Of a stretch of 64,000 bases of DNA, positions 20,987 through 31,434 are shown one piece after another. Positions within the stretch are counted from its first letter, which is position 1. The number at the start of each line of letters is the position of its first letter. The DNA comes from Candidatus Bathyarchaeota archaeon. Its GTDB lineage: Archaea; Thermoproteota; Bathyarchaeia; Bathyarchaeales; Bathycorpusculaceae. The position numbers were made by a program, and so were the translations under genes. The stretch spans positions 117,819 to 181,818 of the forward strand of contig CAWHDT010000009.1 of NCBI GenBank assembly GCA_963828195.1. Direction: 5' to 3'. Under the pieces are notes generated by a model that worked only from the letters and a program-made list of their open reading frames with translations, made no database searches and was not told where the DNA came from.

Positions 20987-21901
20987 GTGTTGTGGGTTGA
21001 TGTTGAGGACCCGTCGGACGCAGAAATCAATGCTCTCCAAAGCAATTTCAAGTTAGATGAACTATGTATTAAGGAATTGACTGCAGAAGGACAAAGATCG
21101 AGCATTGAGGAGCAAGAGAGCCATGTAGCCTGCCTTCTTAATTTTCCTAAAAGAGACGGCTTTGTTTCCGATGGGAAAATGGAAAGTCTCGCGTTATTGG
21201 TGGGCAAAAAGTGGATTATCACGGTTCACAATGGTTACTCAGATATAACATGTGCCGTTTACAAAAAAATTAGCACACATGGTTATTTTGCACTTTCACT
21301 TGCGCCTTCCACCGATATCCTGTTATATATATTCTTAGATTTAACCACAAATGAGTACTTTTTGATCTCTGATTTAATCCATGAAAAACTGCTGAATCTG
21401 ACTAAAAAGGCAGGAGCACTCTTTAGGGAAAGACCGAGAACGTTGGATACAAGCTTCGGAGCAGAAATCACGAAGTCAAGAGACCGAGTGTTGACCCTGA
21501 GGCAATCCATAGGCCCAATGCGTGAAATAATGGGAAAAATAACTAGGGGCGAGTTTGCCCTTGTTTCCAGCAATTCAATGCCCCGTTTTGAGGATCTGTA
21601 CGATAGAACAATCTCCCTGATTGAGGTGGTGGATAACCATCGTGAAGAACTTAGGGATATAACTGATACCTTGATTAATGTTCAAACCTTAACCACCAAC
21701 AACATAGTCAGAGTCCTCACCATTATTTCAGCGATTTTTCTTCCCTTAGCCTTGATTGCCGAGATATACGGGACCAACTTCGGAAGAGGATATCTTGTGC
21801 CCGGCAGCAGTAGCTCGTCTGGCTTCTATATTATGGTCGCAATAATGATAAGCGTGGCAGTAACCCTTATTGTGACTTTCAGAAGAAGAGGCTGGCTATA
21901 A
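20987..21901 (+). CDS. corA: CorA-family Mg/Co transporter
   Basis: LWVDVEDP and two C-terminal TM helices with YGTNF (a GMN-like motif). The frame is open upstream to CTG at 20894. Confidence 0.88.
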   Translation: MLWVDVEDPSDAEINALQSNFKLDELCIKELTAEGQRSSIEEQESHVACLLNFPKRDGFVSDGKMESLALLVGKKWIITVHNGYSDITCAVYKKISTHGYFALSLAPSTDILLYIFLDLTTNEYFLISDLIHEKLLNLTKKAGALFRERPRTLDTSFGAEITKSRDRVLTLRQSIGPMREIMGKITRGEFALVSSNSMPRFEDLYDRTISLIEVVDNHREELRDITDTLINVQTLTTNNIVRVLTIISAIFLPLALIAEIYGTNFGRGYLVPGSSSSSGFYIMVAIMISVAVTLIVTFRRRGWL

Positions 21902-22296
21902 AATCGGCTCTAAAGCTCAATATCCAATCTCGAGTTTTTAAGATACTCTATCACGTTAAACAAGCGACGTGTACGTCAAATGCTCAAAGGCGCTCACGGT
22001 ATGAATAGTCTGCCTGCAGACTTCGCCGTCAATATTACATTCGCGTTGCGCTTTCCACAATCGGCATTTGTGCTCTCATGGGGATTCCTCTCCATGTAAC
22101 CAAACGATACAGCAAAAACCAGAAGCTAAATCCAGTCTTCGCCACACTTTTCTTTATTGAAAAGTGAGCCTGCTCTCCAGCTAGTTCAAATCCGCTGGTC
22201 TGCTTCAAAAAATTAGTGCGCAAGGTTCAATTGTGTAAGATTTAAATGACTTCTCATTGTTACTTGCTTTCATTAAATATTCCCTGAGAGCTCTTC

Positions 22297-22995
22297 ATGT
22301 CATTGATACCTGCAATCTCTAATCCGTTTCTGGGGGCATTCGCCGGCGGGTTATTATACGGATTGGCAGTTTGCACCGCTGCATGCGTACCCTACATTGC
22401 AAGTTATATTGCAGGGATAGGCGCTGGGTTCCGCAAAGGCGTTGTTGTTACAATGATTTTTAATTCCGGGCGGATAGCAGCTTACGCCTTAATCGGCTGT
22501 TTGGTCGGTTTGTTTAGCGGTTTGTTCAGATTAGCTCTATCTGATACTGCAATTTCGCCGTTTCAAATTTACTCCTCAATTACCTTCAGCGTAGTAACCA
22601 TGGTTATCGGCGTTAGCGTTCTTCTAAAGTTAAGGACACCATGCGAGTGCAAAACACCAAACAGCAAAACCTCATTTGCCCAACGAATGACGGACAGGTA
22701 TGGGTTTGATTTCGGCGCTTTTTCCCTTGGTTTAAGCAGAGGGCTAATCTTGTGTCCACCGTTGGTAGCCCTTTTGGTTTATTCCTTACCTTTCTCAACT
22801 CCAATTGGCAGCGTGAGTTTAGCTGTTTTGTTTGGTTTGGGAACTGCCCTTTCTCCGATGTTACTGTTAGGCGGAGCTACTGGGTGGCTTCTTAACAAGG
22901 CACCCTTGCTGCGGAAATGGATTTCAATAGGCGGCGCTGGACTGCTAATACTTCTTGGAGTCGTCGAATTAATAACGGCATTAACCAAACTCTAA
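22297..22995 (+). CDS. DsbD_2/TauE-like membrane protein
   Basis: C...C in TM1, FNSGRIAAY, GLILCPP and LFGLGT. Confidence 0.75.
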   Translation: MSLIPAISNPFLGAFAGGLLYGLAVCTAACVPYIASYIAGIGAGFRKGVVVTMIFNSGRIAAYALIGCLVGLFSGLFRLALSDTAISPFQIYSSITFSVVTMVIGVSVLLKLRTPCECKTPNSKTSFAQRMTDRYGFDFGAFSLGLSRGLILCPPLVALLVYSLPFSTPIGSVSLAVLFGLGTALSPMLLLGGATGWLLNKAPLLRKWISIGGAGLLILLGVVELITALTKL

Positions 22996-23055
22996 AAGTC
23001 TAAAATATGTCAAAACAGCTCGAAAGAAAGAATTAGGAAAATCAACCACACACCA

Positions 23056-24273
23056 CTAATTTTGTTCTAACCAGTTTCTCGATTTCATCATTGTTTGTCC
23101 TGCAAACTTTATTTCCAATGCATCGTCATATGGACATGCTTCGACGCATCGTGCGCAGAGGATGCATCTGGATTCGGTTACGTCGCCGCCTTTCTTCTCG
23201 AACACGTCGGTTGCTTGGGTTGGGCAGACGCGTTTGCAGACTCCGCATTTGGTGCATTTTTCTTGGTTTTTGGTGAGTTTGGTCATGGCGATTTGCTTGA
23301 AGGGGGTGAAAGTGCTGAATAACGCGGTTAAGCCGCCTAACGGGCAGATTCTGCACCAAAACCGCCTGTAGACAAAAGCTAAAGCCGTCACTGCAATTAA
23401 GACAGATAAATTAATCGACGTAACGTAAAAACCAACAATCCAATCGGGCCCATAGACTATTTTCGAGACGTAGGACCACTTCATTTCGCCTAAAGCGCAC
23501 TCAATTAAAATGCAAAGCGGCCTCATTGGACAAACCAGACAGAACGGCTCGTTAAGGGCGCCGACATTTCCCGCTTCAGTTCCCTCAGGTCCTCCAGGTT
23601 TGGTTCCAGGCACAAGTTGCGTGCCGAAAATGGCGTAGGATGCGAAGATGACGCTTAGAATTAGAAAAATTGCAATTATGACGTATCGTGATTGTGCAAG
23701 TGCTTTATTTGTTTTTGGGGAAAAGCCCAGATGCCGCTGTTTTGTAGCTTTGCGGATTCGGGTTAACACATCCATGTAAAGACCGAAGGGGCATAGCCAA
23801 CCGCAGAAAAACCTTCCCAAAATAATAGCGGCTATGGCGACCAAGGCTATGACTATTCCTATCTTCTCTAAACCCGAAGTAGAGTAGATGACGTTATAGC
23901 CTCTTGGAAAGTTCCAAAAGGGGAAAATGTACGCTTGAAGTTGCCAAATAGGACACGTAACTGTTCGCCCATTAGGATAGTAACATGCTAAAACAGGAAT
24001 CGAGAAACCGTCTGGAAACTGGTTCCCCAAAAAATTTGATCCAACCAGGAGGCTGCGCGGCGAGGGACCCAGTGGCAGAAACAGAGGCGTATCAAAGGGA
24101 CCCAATATTAGCCCCATAAATATTGCGACAACAGCGTTTATTTGAACGAAAACCCTAAGGCTGCTGACTTTGCTGGTCTTATCCTTAGCGAGTTTTAAAA
24201 TGAGGTAAATGCCCACCACTATTATTGCGGCGAAAACGGGTAATACGATGTATGCGGGGTTTGACCACGTCAT
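23056..24273 (-). CDS. Membrane polyferredoxin, NapH/MauN-like 4Fe-4S binding protein
   Basis: GRFFCGWLCPFG, RFWCRICPLG and two CxxCxxCxxxCP motifs. Confidence 0.88.
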   Translation of the reverse strand: MTWSNPAYIVLPVFAAIIVVGIYLILKLAKDKTSKVSSLRVFVQINAVVAIFMGLILGPFDTPLFLPLGPSPRSLLVGSNFLGNQFPDGFSIPVLACYYPNGRTVTCPIWQLQAYIFPFWNFPRGYNVIYSTSGLEKIGIVIALVAIAAIILGRFFCGWLCPFGLYMDVLTRIRKATKQRHLGFSPKTNKALAQSRYVIIAIFLILSVIFASYAIFGTQLVPGTKPGGPEGTEAGNVGALNEPFCLVCPMRPLCILIECALGEMKWSYVSKIVYGPDWIVGFYVTSINLSVLIAVTALAFVYRRFWCRICPLGGLTALFSTFTPFKQIAMTKLTKNQEKCTKCGVCKRVCPTQATDVFEKKGGDVTESRCILCARCVEACPYDDALEIKFAGQTMMKSRNWLEQN

Positions 24274-24309
24274 CTTACTTTTTCCACCTGCTTAATTGCT
24301 CAATCATGG

Positions 24310-25014
24310 TTAATTATCACGCCATTTTTTGCCAGCTGTTTTTACTTTAACCACGACTGCAACCACCACCACTGCGACGAATGCGGCTGCTATTGCAATA
24401 GCTACTGAGTGCTGTTGGTAAAAGGGTACGTTTGAATTGTTCCCAAAATATTCTGTGTGAGCTATGTTTACCGTTCCATTTGCGTCATCGACGGTTATTG
24501 TTCCGTCACGTGAAATAGTCCAGCCCTGCCCTTGAGCCAAAAAGACGTTGTTGTTGACGGTAATGCTCCATTCGGCCCCCGGATCAAATTCTGCTATTTT
24601 GGGGCTCAGGCCAAGGTTTACGGTTTGCGAGCCCTGCCCTACAACTGTATATCTTAGCCTTACACTTGGTGACGCAGCGTTGTTGGTTGCCGTGTATGAG
24701 AATATTGTTACATTTGAGTTTTGAGCAGAAATCTCCAGGACTGCCAGCGGTTGTGATCTGTTCAACCGCAAATTTGCAAAAACCCAAATGTTATTTTCAA
24801 ATGTAGCATTGGAATAGGTGCCATTTACTCCAAAACTGATGCTGCCATTGTACGCGGGAACAAAAAATATTTCTGAATTGTTAAAGGCTGTGTTAGTTTG
24901 CGCTTGAGCGTAGCGGCAAGTTAAGGGAAAAATGACGATAAAAAGAACTAGTAAAATTCCAACCGAAATTTTAATTAGATTAATAGTTGCCAAGCCGCGC
25001 ACACTGTTAAACAT
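24310..25014 (-). CDS. Secreted/membrane-anchored hypothetical protein
   Basis: Signal peptide, sequon-rich body and C-terminal TM helix. Confidence 0.7.
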   Translation of the reverse strand: MFNSVRGLATINLIKISVGILLVLFIVIFPLTCRYAQAQTNTAFNNSEIFFVPAYNGSISFGVNGTYSNATFENNIWVFANLRLNRSQPLAVLEISAQNSNVTIFSYTATNNAASPSVRLRYTVVGQGSQTVNLGLSPKIAEFDPGAEWSITVNNNVFLAQGQGWTISRDGTITVDDANGTVNIAHTEYFGNNSNVPFYQQHSVAIAIAAAFVAVVVVAVVVKVKTAGKKWRDN

Positions 25015-25135
25015 AGTAATCGCAGAGTTTGGCTATTAAGTCTTTTAGTACCAACAGTTTTTGCTTCAGATTCTGTCAGGCATTAAGATGACCTTTTTGA
25101 AACAATACTGGTCTTTAGTAATTGCTAAAGGCCTT

Positions 25136-26035
25136 TCAGACATCGGCTAAGGTTTTGATGGATGGTCTCTTCTTTTTTGCGTTGAGATTGCCTTTGTTCT
25201 TGAAGTAGTTTACCGCGTAATCAATTGTAAGCTTGAGTTTTTCGCAGAAATTTATAATGCAGAACATAAGTAATATGGCGCCTGTCCAAACTAACATTGT
25301 GCCTTGAATAGCGTAGGGTGTTGCAGGGATTGACGGGTCAGGCGACGTGAACTTGGCGGCTGGAAACAAAAGGAACAATCCAGAAATTAAAAGAGCAAAA
25401 GACGCTACGAATAGAGACAATATTGCCAAAGTAGACGGTGCTTTAAGTTTAGCTACGCTGAAGTGACTCCACAGAATGAAGCCTATAATCACCATTGAAA
25501 CTGAAATGTAAAGCAGTTGAGAGTAATTGAGAAATGAGCAGTTGTATTCAGCGCCCATAAATTGTGTGTTGTAGGCGACTCTTTCAGTTCCCCACGCGTA
25601 GGCGCCCCATGGCAGATTCTTTTCCGTAAGGACGTTAATTTGCAGGTAAACAATGACTGCGCATATGGTTCCTGTAACAAGCAATGTGAAACCGGAGGCT
25701 GAAAGAACTGCGCGGCGGCTAACTTTGCCAAAGCTTGAAAGTTTCCAAATAAAAAGACCAGTAAACGCTGAAGCGACTCCAATGTCGAATAGTTGAGTGT
25801 ACTTGAGAAATTGAATTGGCCAGGGCAGATACGTGATATCTCCGTAGACGGCTGTAAACGGTTTTAATTGGAGCCTGTAACCGTTGATGTAATCCCAGAA
25901 AGGATAAGAATTTAAGATTTGTATGAGGAAAAATAAGTATCCTGATAAAACTGAACCAGCTAGAAAAAGTATTTTCCCCAAGAACCCGTATTTTTTTACG
26001 GTTATCTTTCGGGTGTCTTTCCCTATTTTATCCAC
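25136..26035 (-). CDS. Multi-pass membrane hypothetical protein
   Basis: About six hydrophobic segments in two similar halves. Confidence 0.65.
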   Translation of the reverse strand: MDKIGKDTRKITVKKYGFLGKILFLAGSVLSGYLFFLIQILNSYPFWDYINGYRLQLKPFTAVYGDITYLPWPIQFLKYTQLFDIGVASAFTGLFIWKLSSFGKVSRRAVLSASGFTLLVTGTICAVIVYLQINVLTEKNLPWGAYAWGTERVAYNTQFMGAEYNCSFLNYSQLLYISVSMVIIGFILWSHFSVAKLKAPSTLAILSLFVASFALLISGLFLLFPAAKFTSPDPSIPATPYAIQGTMLVWTGAILLMFCIINFCEKLKLTIDYAVNYFKNKGNLNAKKKRPSIKTLADV

Positions 26036-26259
26036 TGATCTTTTTCCCCTTAAATCCGTGATAAAGTCTGTCGTTTGGAATTAACATTTTGGCTATTTCT
26101 GCAACGCAAATTTAAAACTTTGCTGAACCAAAAAAGACCCGAATAAACGCTGAGTCCTATGCAGTTTTTATTTTGCCACAACCAAGTAAAATTAAAGCAT
26201 ATATCCTCAAAAAACAAAGCTAACTCCAGAAAGCCATTGAATGGAGAAGTAGGAAAAAC

Positions 26260-26826
26260 GTGTCACATAAAGGGGAAGCATATTCGGCGTCTGGCGCCAT
26301 TTTTTTAGATAACCCGATAAGACGGTTGATTCAGCCGCCTTCGGAACTCATAGAGAAACTTTCCATAAACGCAAACGATGTCGTCATGGATTTCGGATGT
26401 GGACCAGGCTACTTCACTGTGGAACTTGTAAAAAAAGCCAAATCGGTGATAGCGGTTGACCTCTCGCCTGAGATGCTAAATAAAGCCCGGAACAAAGCGA
26501 AGAAAGCAGGAGCTAACAACATTCAGTTTTTGCAAAGTGACGGCACAATCGTTCTACTTGACGAAAAATCGGTTGACCTGATTCTTCTTGTAACCGTTTA
26601 CCATGAGGTCGGCGAGAGCGAAGCCGTTTTAAAAGAGTTCGGCAGAATTCTCAAGCCCGAAGGCAAACTGGTAATTGTGGAGGTCATAAAGAGGGGAATC
26701 TTTCCTGGCGCACCAGTTCAAAACCCAGAAACGCTAAAGGCGGAGGTTGAATCGTCCAATTTCAAGCTGAAGCAAATGCAACCCTACAAGCGATTCGGGA
26801 TTTTCTTCTTTACCAAAAAATATTGA
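26260..26826 (+). CDS. Class I SAM-dependent methyltransferase
   Basis: MDFGCGPG, AVDLSPEML and RILKPEG. Confidence 0.9.
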   Translation: MSHKGEAYSASGAIFLDNPIRRLIQPPSELIEKLSINANDVVMDFGCGPGYFTVELVKKAKSVIAVDLSPEMLNKARNKAKKAGANNIQFLQSDGTIVLLDEKSVDLILLVTVYHEVGESEAVLKEFGRILKPEGKLVIVEVIKRGIFPGAPVQNPETLKAEVESSNFKLKQMQPYKRFGIFFFTKKY

Positions 26827-26899
26827 TTAGCACTATGCCTGTCTCCGCATGGTATTTGCAGGAAAAAAGAGGAACTCAAATGGTTAGGACTGTGCATGC

Positions 26900-27973
26900 T
26901 CAAAAGCCGAAGCTGTTGATTACTGTGCCGGAGTTTGCGTCGATAACAAGCACGATTTTGTTTCCTTTATGGTCATACTTTGCGAACCATATTGGAACAT
27001 GCATCAGTTCCACGTCGCCGACATCCGAATTGGTATTTATTGACTGGATCATGTGATATTTCGCGTGTGCCTTTTGTGATTGCAGCTGATCTACCAGGGT
27101 CTTTGCTTGAGATTTGGCAACTTCTTCGCTGATGTCGCCGTTAAGGATCTTAATGCCTTTAGGTAATTTCGAAATGTCGAAGATTTCTCTGCCTTCGAGA
27201 TTAAATTGGTAATCCTTTGGCTGATAATCTGTGAGAGCCTTCAGCGCAATTACAGGAAAATTGTAGTTTGCATCCATCTGTTCAGCTTTTTTCATTCCGC
27301 CTCCAGACCCCATTCCCATTCCGTAAAACATTATTCTTATCCGCTTTAAGCCGAGAACGTCGCTAAACGGGTTGCCTATTGCAAATCCGTCTCCAAAAGC
27401 TCGTCTTCGTCCTCCGCCTCCGAAGCCGCCTCGTCCTCCTCCGCCGAAACCGCCGCCCATTCCGCCGAATATCACACCCATCAACGCTGCGGTTGAGGCT
27501 GTCTGGGCAACTTGGGCTGTTTCATTTGTTGCCACGATTTGGGTGCGTGCAGAGACGCTGACGATCCAGTAAGGCACGAAGGTGAGGCTCATTTCTTCTT
27601 GTTTTGAGTCTTCATGAAGGTGTCTATGTAGAAGTCCCTTATCCATTAAGGGCGTTATTATTCCGTTCACCTGGTCAACGGTGGCGACCTTTAAGGGCAA
27701 CATTGTTGATTTCTGTATGTTAGTCCAACCTTGATTCCCTAAAGTAACTGCGCTGCCGCAATATTCGCATGTTATAACCATCTCTCCAAATTTGGGCGCT
27801 ATAGGTGCACCGCAACTTGGGCACTTCAAAGATGTTACTCCAGCCGGCGCAACAACAGGTGCCGATGGGGCTGGCGCTGGTTTAGGCGCTGAAGTTATTC
27901 CGGTGCTTGCTCCACATTTTGGGCAGAATGCTGCATCATCGGGAATCTGAGCACCGCAATTTTGACAAATCAA
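26900..27973 (-). CDS. Zinc-ribbon domain protein with Gly/Arg-rich insert
   Basis: Four CxxC pairs, a GGGGRGG tract and FVPYW...HVPIW motifs. Confidence 0.8.
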   Translation of the reverse strand: MICQNCGAQIPDDAAFCPKCGASTGITSAPKPAPAPSAPVVAPAGVTSLKCPSCGAPIAPKFGEMVITCEYCGSAVTLGNQGWTNIQKSTMLPLKVATVDQVNGIITPLMDKGLLHRHLHEDSKQEEMSLTFVPYWIVSVSARTQIVATNETAQVAQTASTAALMGVIFGGMGGGFGGGGRGGFGGGGRRRAFGDGFAIGNPFSDVLGLKRIRIMFYGMGMGSGGGMKKAEQMDANYNFPVIALKALTDYQPKDYQFNLEGREIFDISKLPKGIKILNGDISEEVAKSQAKTLVDQLQSQKAHAKYHMIQSINTNSDVGDVELMHVPIWFAKYDHKGNKIVLVIDANSGTVINSFGF

Positions 27974-28136
27974 TTTTTCACCAAACTACTAATTTAAGTT
28001 TCCATCTCTTAAATTTTCCTCAAATAACTCGGTAAATAGCCTTGAACAGTTTCGTGTTTCTGCAATTTATCCGCGCCTGATTTTCAATGTTCTTTAGGGA
28101 AAAAAACTAAATACCAGAATATCGCATCATACCCAT

Positions 28137-28829
28137 ATGGCGTTTAAAAAGAAATCTAATAACAAAGTCTATGCCGCCGTCATCCTTCTAGTTATACTGG
28201 CTATTTCAGCCGCCGCTGTAGTCTATGTAGTCAACCAGCATCCCGCTTCTCAACCGGTAAACGTAGGCGTGAAGGTCGGAGACACATTCTATTACAATCT
28301 GACGGGCACCTCAGTTTTGTTTGATACAGAGGCCACAACCCCAGCCTATCTCTATCAATATAACAATACAAACTACTACCAAGTTACCATAACGGGAATT
28401 AACGGCTCCACAGTCGATTTTGATACTTTATGGACATTTACAAATGGTTCAGCACCGATCGCCAACCAAGAATGGGTCAACATAGCGACGGGTGCGAATA
28501 GTGGCGATTTCTGGGCTATCTACCCTGCAAACCTTAATGTAAATAACTTGCTTAGTCCCAAGGGATATGATGGGCTCATCGTTAATAGCACCACCACAGA
28601 AACATACACTGCCTCAACCAGGACAACAAATTTCTGGTCAATAGATAACATTTTTACGGATACGAACGATCCGACAGGCAGCACACAGCAACAAAACTAT
28701 ATACAAGTCTATTTCGACCAGCCAACAGGAATACTCACCAGCCTAACCAACCTAATAGAATACAACAACCCAGCGTACAACTTAGTCATCACATGGCAGC
28801 TTAACAGCACGAACGTTTGGACAGTTTAA
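28137..28829 (+). CDS. Secreted hypothetical glycoprotein
   Basis: N-terminal TM helix, VGVKVGDTFYY and YFDQPTGIL...W.L..TNVW. Confidence 0.7.
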   Translation: MAFKKKSNNKVYAAVILLVILAISAAAVVYVVNQHPASQPVNVGVKVGDTFYYNLTGTSVLFDTEATTPAYLYQYNNTNYYQVTITGINGSTVDFDTLWTFTNGSAPIANQEWVNIATGANSGDFWAIYPANLNVNNLLSPKGYDGLIVNSTTTETYTASTRTTNFWSIDNIFTDTNDPTGSTQQQNYIQVYFDQPTGILTSLTNLIEYNNPAYNLVITWQLNSTNVWTV

Positions 28830-29011
28830 GCCTACTCCATTTTCAAATAACAGGCGCTGCTCGAGAAGATTTTTTTAAATGTAACTCTGCAGTTTTTCTT
28901 TCTTTATAAAGTTGGGCATAAAATTTTGTGTTTCCTGTTGTGTCCTCGTTTTTTAGAAGGAAAAAGAAATAAGCGCCGAGAACTTCAAACTACTAGAGGT
29001 TTTGTTAAGTC

Positions 29012-29419
29012 ATGTACGACGGATATGTGCTTTTCTGCAATAAAGCGTCACAGCAGCAATGTTTAAGTAGAAAACGCTTTACTTGCGCAGAAAAAGAATC
29101 TAAACCTTTAGAAGAACTTAAGGTGGGTACCATAATCTTTCTCTTTAACACCGATGACAAAAGTTTGGTTGGGCCATTCACTACATTGCCTGAAGGAGAC
29201 GAATTAGATGCAGGCGCATGGGTTGAAAATGAAGAACACCAATACCCCTACGATGATATCAAAGTAACCTGGGAGGATCTCCACATCATTCAAAACGCAC
29301 AGGAGAAGCTCCCGTTCCTAACTGACCCCAAAACCTGCAAGCTATCAACTGGTCAAACGCAGCGGATTTTGGATCTGCTAAAAGACGGACCACTTTATCT
29401 CAATGATAAAACAAGATGA
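29012..29419 (+). CDS. DCD (development and cell death)/EVE-like domain protein
   Basis: GYVLFCNK.SQQQCL...F...LKVGTIIFLFNTDDKSLVGPF......LDAGAW follows the DCD consensus (G.IF.CN..T..E.....LFG...I.PG..LFL.N.....L.G.F.A......IDP.AW). Confidence 0.7.
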   Translation: MYDGYVLFCNKASQQQCLSRKRFTCAEKESKPLEELKVGTIIFLFNTDDKSLVGPFTTLPEGDELDAGAWVENEEHQYPYDDIKVTWEDLHIIQNAQEKLPFLTDPKTCKLSTGQTQRILDLLKDGPLYLNDKTR

Positions 29420-29440
29420 TGCAGCTAAAATTTTGTAGTT

Positions 29441-29605
29441 CTAAAATTTCTTGGCGTCCAAGCTGACAATTTTGTGGCAGTTGATGCAACGAGTCAAAGT
29501 CAACTCGAAACCATTGAGAATATCAAATTGCCTATCCGTGTACAATCTTTGATTTTCATGGTCACAAATAACCTCGCCAGTGACAACTAGCTTCTCCTCA
29601 ACCAT
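29441..29605 (-). CDS. Small Cys/His protein
   Basis: MVEEKLVVTGEVICDH...RCINCHK with a purine-rich leader. Confidence 0.5.
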   Translation of the reverse strand: MVEEKLVVTGEVICDHENQRLYTDRQFDILNGFELTLTRCINCHKIVSLDAKKF

Positions 29606-29773
29606 TCTCCTTCCCCAATTATTGTAACTTGAAATAAAGTAATAACTCTTTTGGAATCCAACATTGCAGGATATAATTTGCTTTACTCTTACTCGTTTAA
29701 TTAAACTTGAAAAAAATCGCAAAAGACGTGAAGCGTTAAATAGCATATTTGCTTTGGATTAACAACATATCAC

Positions 29774-30859
29774 ATGGAGAAAGTTAGGTTGAAGAGTAAA
29801 GGTCCCTTGTTTATTGTTCCTTGGAGATGCACTTTTGAGTGCGGCAGCAGTTGCGTTCACTGTACTTCTGCAGGAAAACCCGCTGTTGCAGACGAAGTTG
29901 ATACTGCAGGTGCATTGAAAATTGTCGATGAAGTTTCCGATTTCGGCGCAAGCTTCTTCGGAATTACCGGGGGGCAACCGTTTCTGCGAAAGGATCTTTT
30001 TGAAGTCTTAAGTTATGCCCGAAAGCTTGGTTTGAGCACAAGCATCATAACTGATGGTCGCTTAATAGACCAGAAAACTTTTGAAAACATCGTCAAAAAC
30101 GAAGTTAAAATTTCTGTAAGCATTGACGGTGCAGAGAAAACAAATGATGCTATTCGAGGCAAAGGCGCTTATGCAGCCGCGGTTTCAGCGATAGAGAAGT
30201 TTTCACGTGAGAAACTTTTAAACTGCCTCGTATACACCTTTGCCAACGCCGGCGGCTCTGTGACAAACGCTAACGAGGAAGATATGCGTCACGTCCTTGA
30301 TTTAGCCCGCCGATATGATGCCCGCTGGGTGGTTTTCCACGGGTTTATCCCCTACAGCAAAGACAAAAGCAGCCTCAAAGCTGACCTCACCCCGAAGCAG
30401 TACGAGTGGGTCTGCAACAAACTCTACGATTTGACCTTAGAGTACAAGGGGAAACCTGAAATCAACATCTACATTCCTTTCTACGCTCGAGTTGCAAAGC
30501 AGCGGGGAATGCCTGATTTTGAAAAATGGTACAACAACTTTTTTTTGGGCAGATGCTTCTTCGGCAAATTCATGAGCATCGCAGAAAACGGCGACGCCAT
30601 ACCCTGCAGCTACAACGACGCCTACAGAATCGGCAACATCAAAGACAAATCGTTGAAAGAAATATGGGTTGAAATGCAAGACAGCGAGTTCTTCGCCAAG
30701 ATTAAAGACAAAAACAACATTAAAGGCAAATGCGGCGTCTGCGAATACAAAGACATTTGCGGCGGCTGTCGCTCCGCAGCCCTGTTTTATACAGGAGACA
30801 TTTCAGGTTCAGACCCAAGATGCGCGTATGTCCCCGTGGCTTTGAAACCAAAAGCATAA
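29774..30859 (+). CDS. Radical SAM/SPASM protein (AhbC/D, PqqE-like superfamily)
   Basis: CGSSCVHC, TGGQP and SPASM CGVCEYKDICGGCR...DPRC. Confidence 0.9.
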   Translation: MEKVRLKSKGPLFIVPWRCTFECGSSCVHCTSAGKPAVADEVDTAGALKIVDEVSDFGASFFGITGGQPFLRKDLFEVLSYARKLGLSTSIITDGRLIDQKTFENIVKNEVKISVSIDGAEKTNDAIRGKGAYAAAVSAIEKFSREKLLNCLVYTFANAGGSVTNANEEDMRHVLDLARRYDARWVVFHGFIPYSKDKSSLKADLTPKQYEWVCNKLYDLTLEYKGKPEINIYIPFYARVAKQRGMPDFEKWYNNFFLGRCFFGKFMSIAENGDAIPCSYNDAYRIGNIKDKSLKEIWVEMQDSEFFAKIKDKNNIKGKCGVCEYKDICGGCRSAALFYTGDISGSDPRCAYVPVALKPKA

Positions 30860-31066
30860 GCCTATACTATTTAATCTTCAACAATAGTTTTTGCCAATCG
30901 ACGCTTCCAATTTTTGAGCGACATTGCTGTATCTACGCAGCCTTTATTTTCCAAGAGAAAAAAACAAGTCTCTGACCTGTTGCTTAGGATAAGTAGAGGC
31001 GTGGCGTGTATCCAAAAATGTACGGAAGAGAGAGGGGTAAAGGGAATCTGGATACACGTCACACGT

Positions 31067-31390
31067 TTATGAGCTTCTCAGGTGCTGTCGGAAGAGGGCG
31101 CCGTACTTTTGTCTTGATTTGTTGTAGTTTAGCTGTGCTTTGCTGTTGGGGTGGAGGATTTTTTGTGATTGTTTGCTTGTGATGAAGACTGATCCGCCGT
31201 TTTTGAGGTGTTCTTTGACTTGAAAAAAGTTTACTTGTTTCGACTCTTGAACTTCAACGTCTTCGCTGCTATCGTTGTCCAGCAGTAGAACTTGGAATAG
31301 CGGCGCTTTAGCTTTTTTATTTGAAAAAAGATTACTCAAGAATATTTCCCTTCTTACAGTTTGAGAGTAATTTATATTTAATTTGAACAA
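31067..31390 (-). CDS. Hypothetical protein
   Basis: ORF in the proC/HAD run. The real start is probably the TTG near 31339. Confidence 0.55.
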   Translation of the reverse strand: MFKLNINYSQTVRREIFLSNLFSNKKAKAPLFQVLLLDNDSSEDVEVQESKQVNFFQVKEHLKNGGSVFITSKQSQKILHPNSKAQLNYNKSRQKYGALFRQHLRSS

Positions 31391-31434
31391 TTCTTAAAGC
31401 TATGTGATTGTCAACAGACTACCACAAGGTTATA

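Noticed and set aside
27370-27470. GC-rich CCT/CCG low-complexity tract
   Set aside because: It encodes the Gly/Arg-rich segment of the zinc-ribbon protein.
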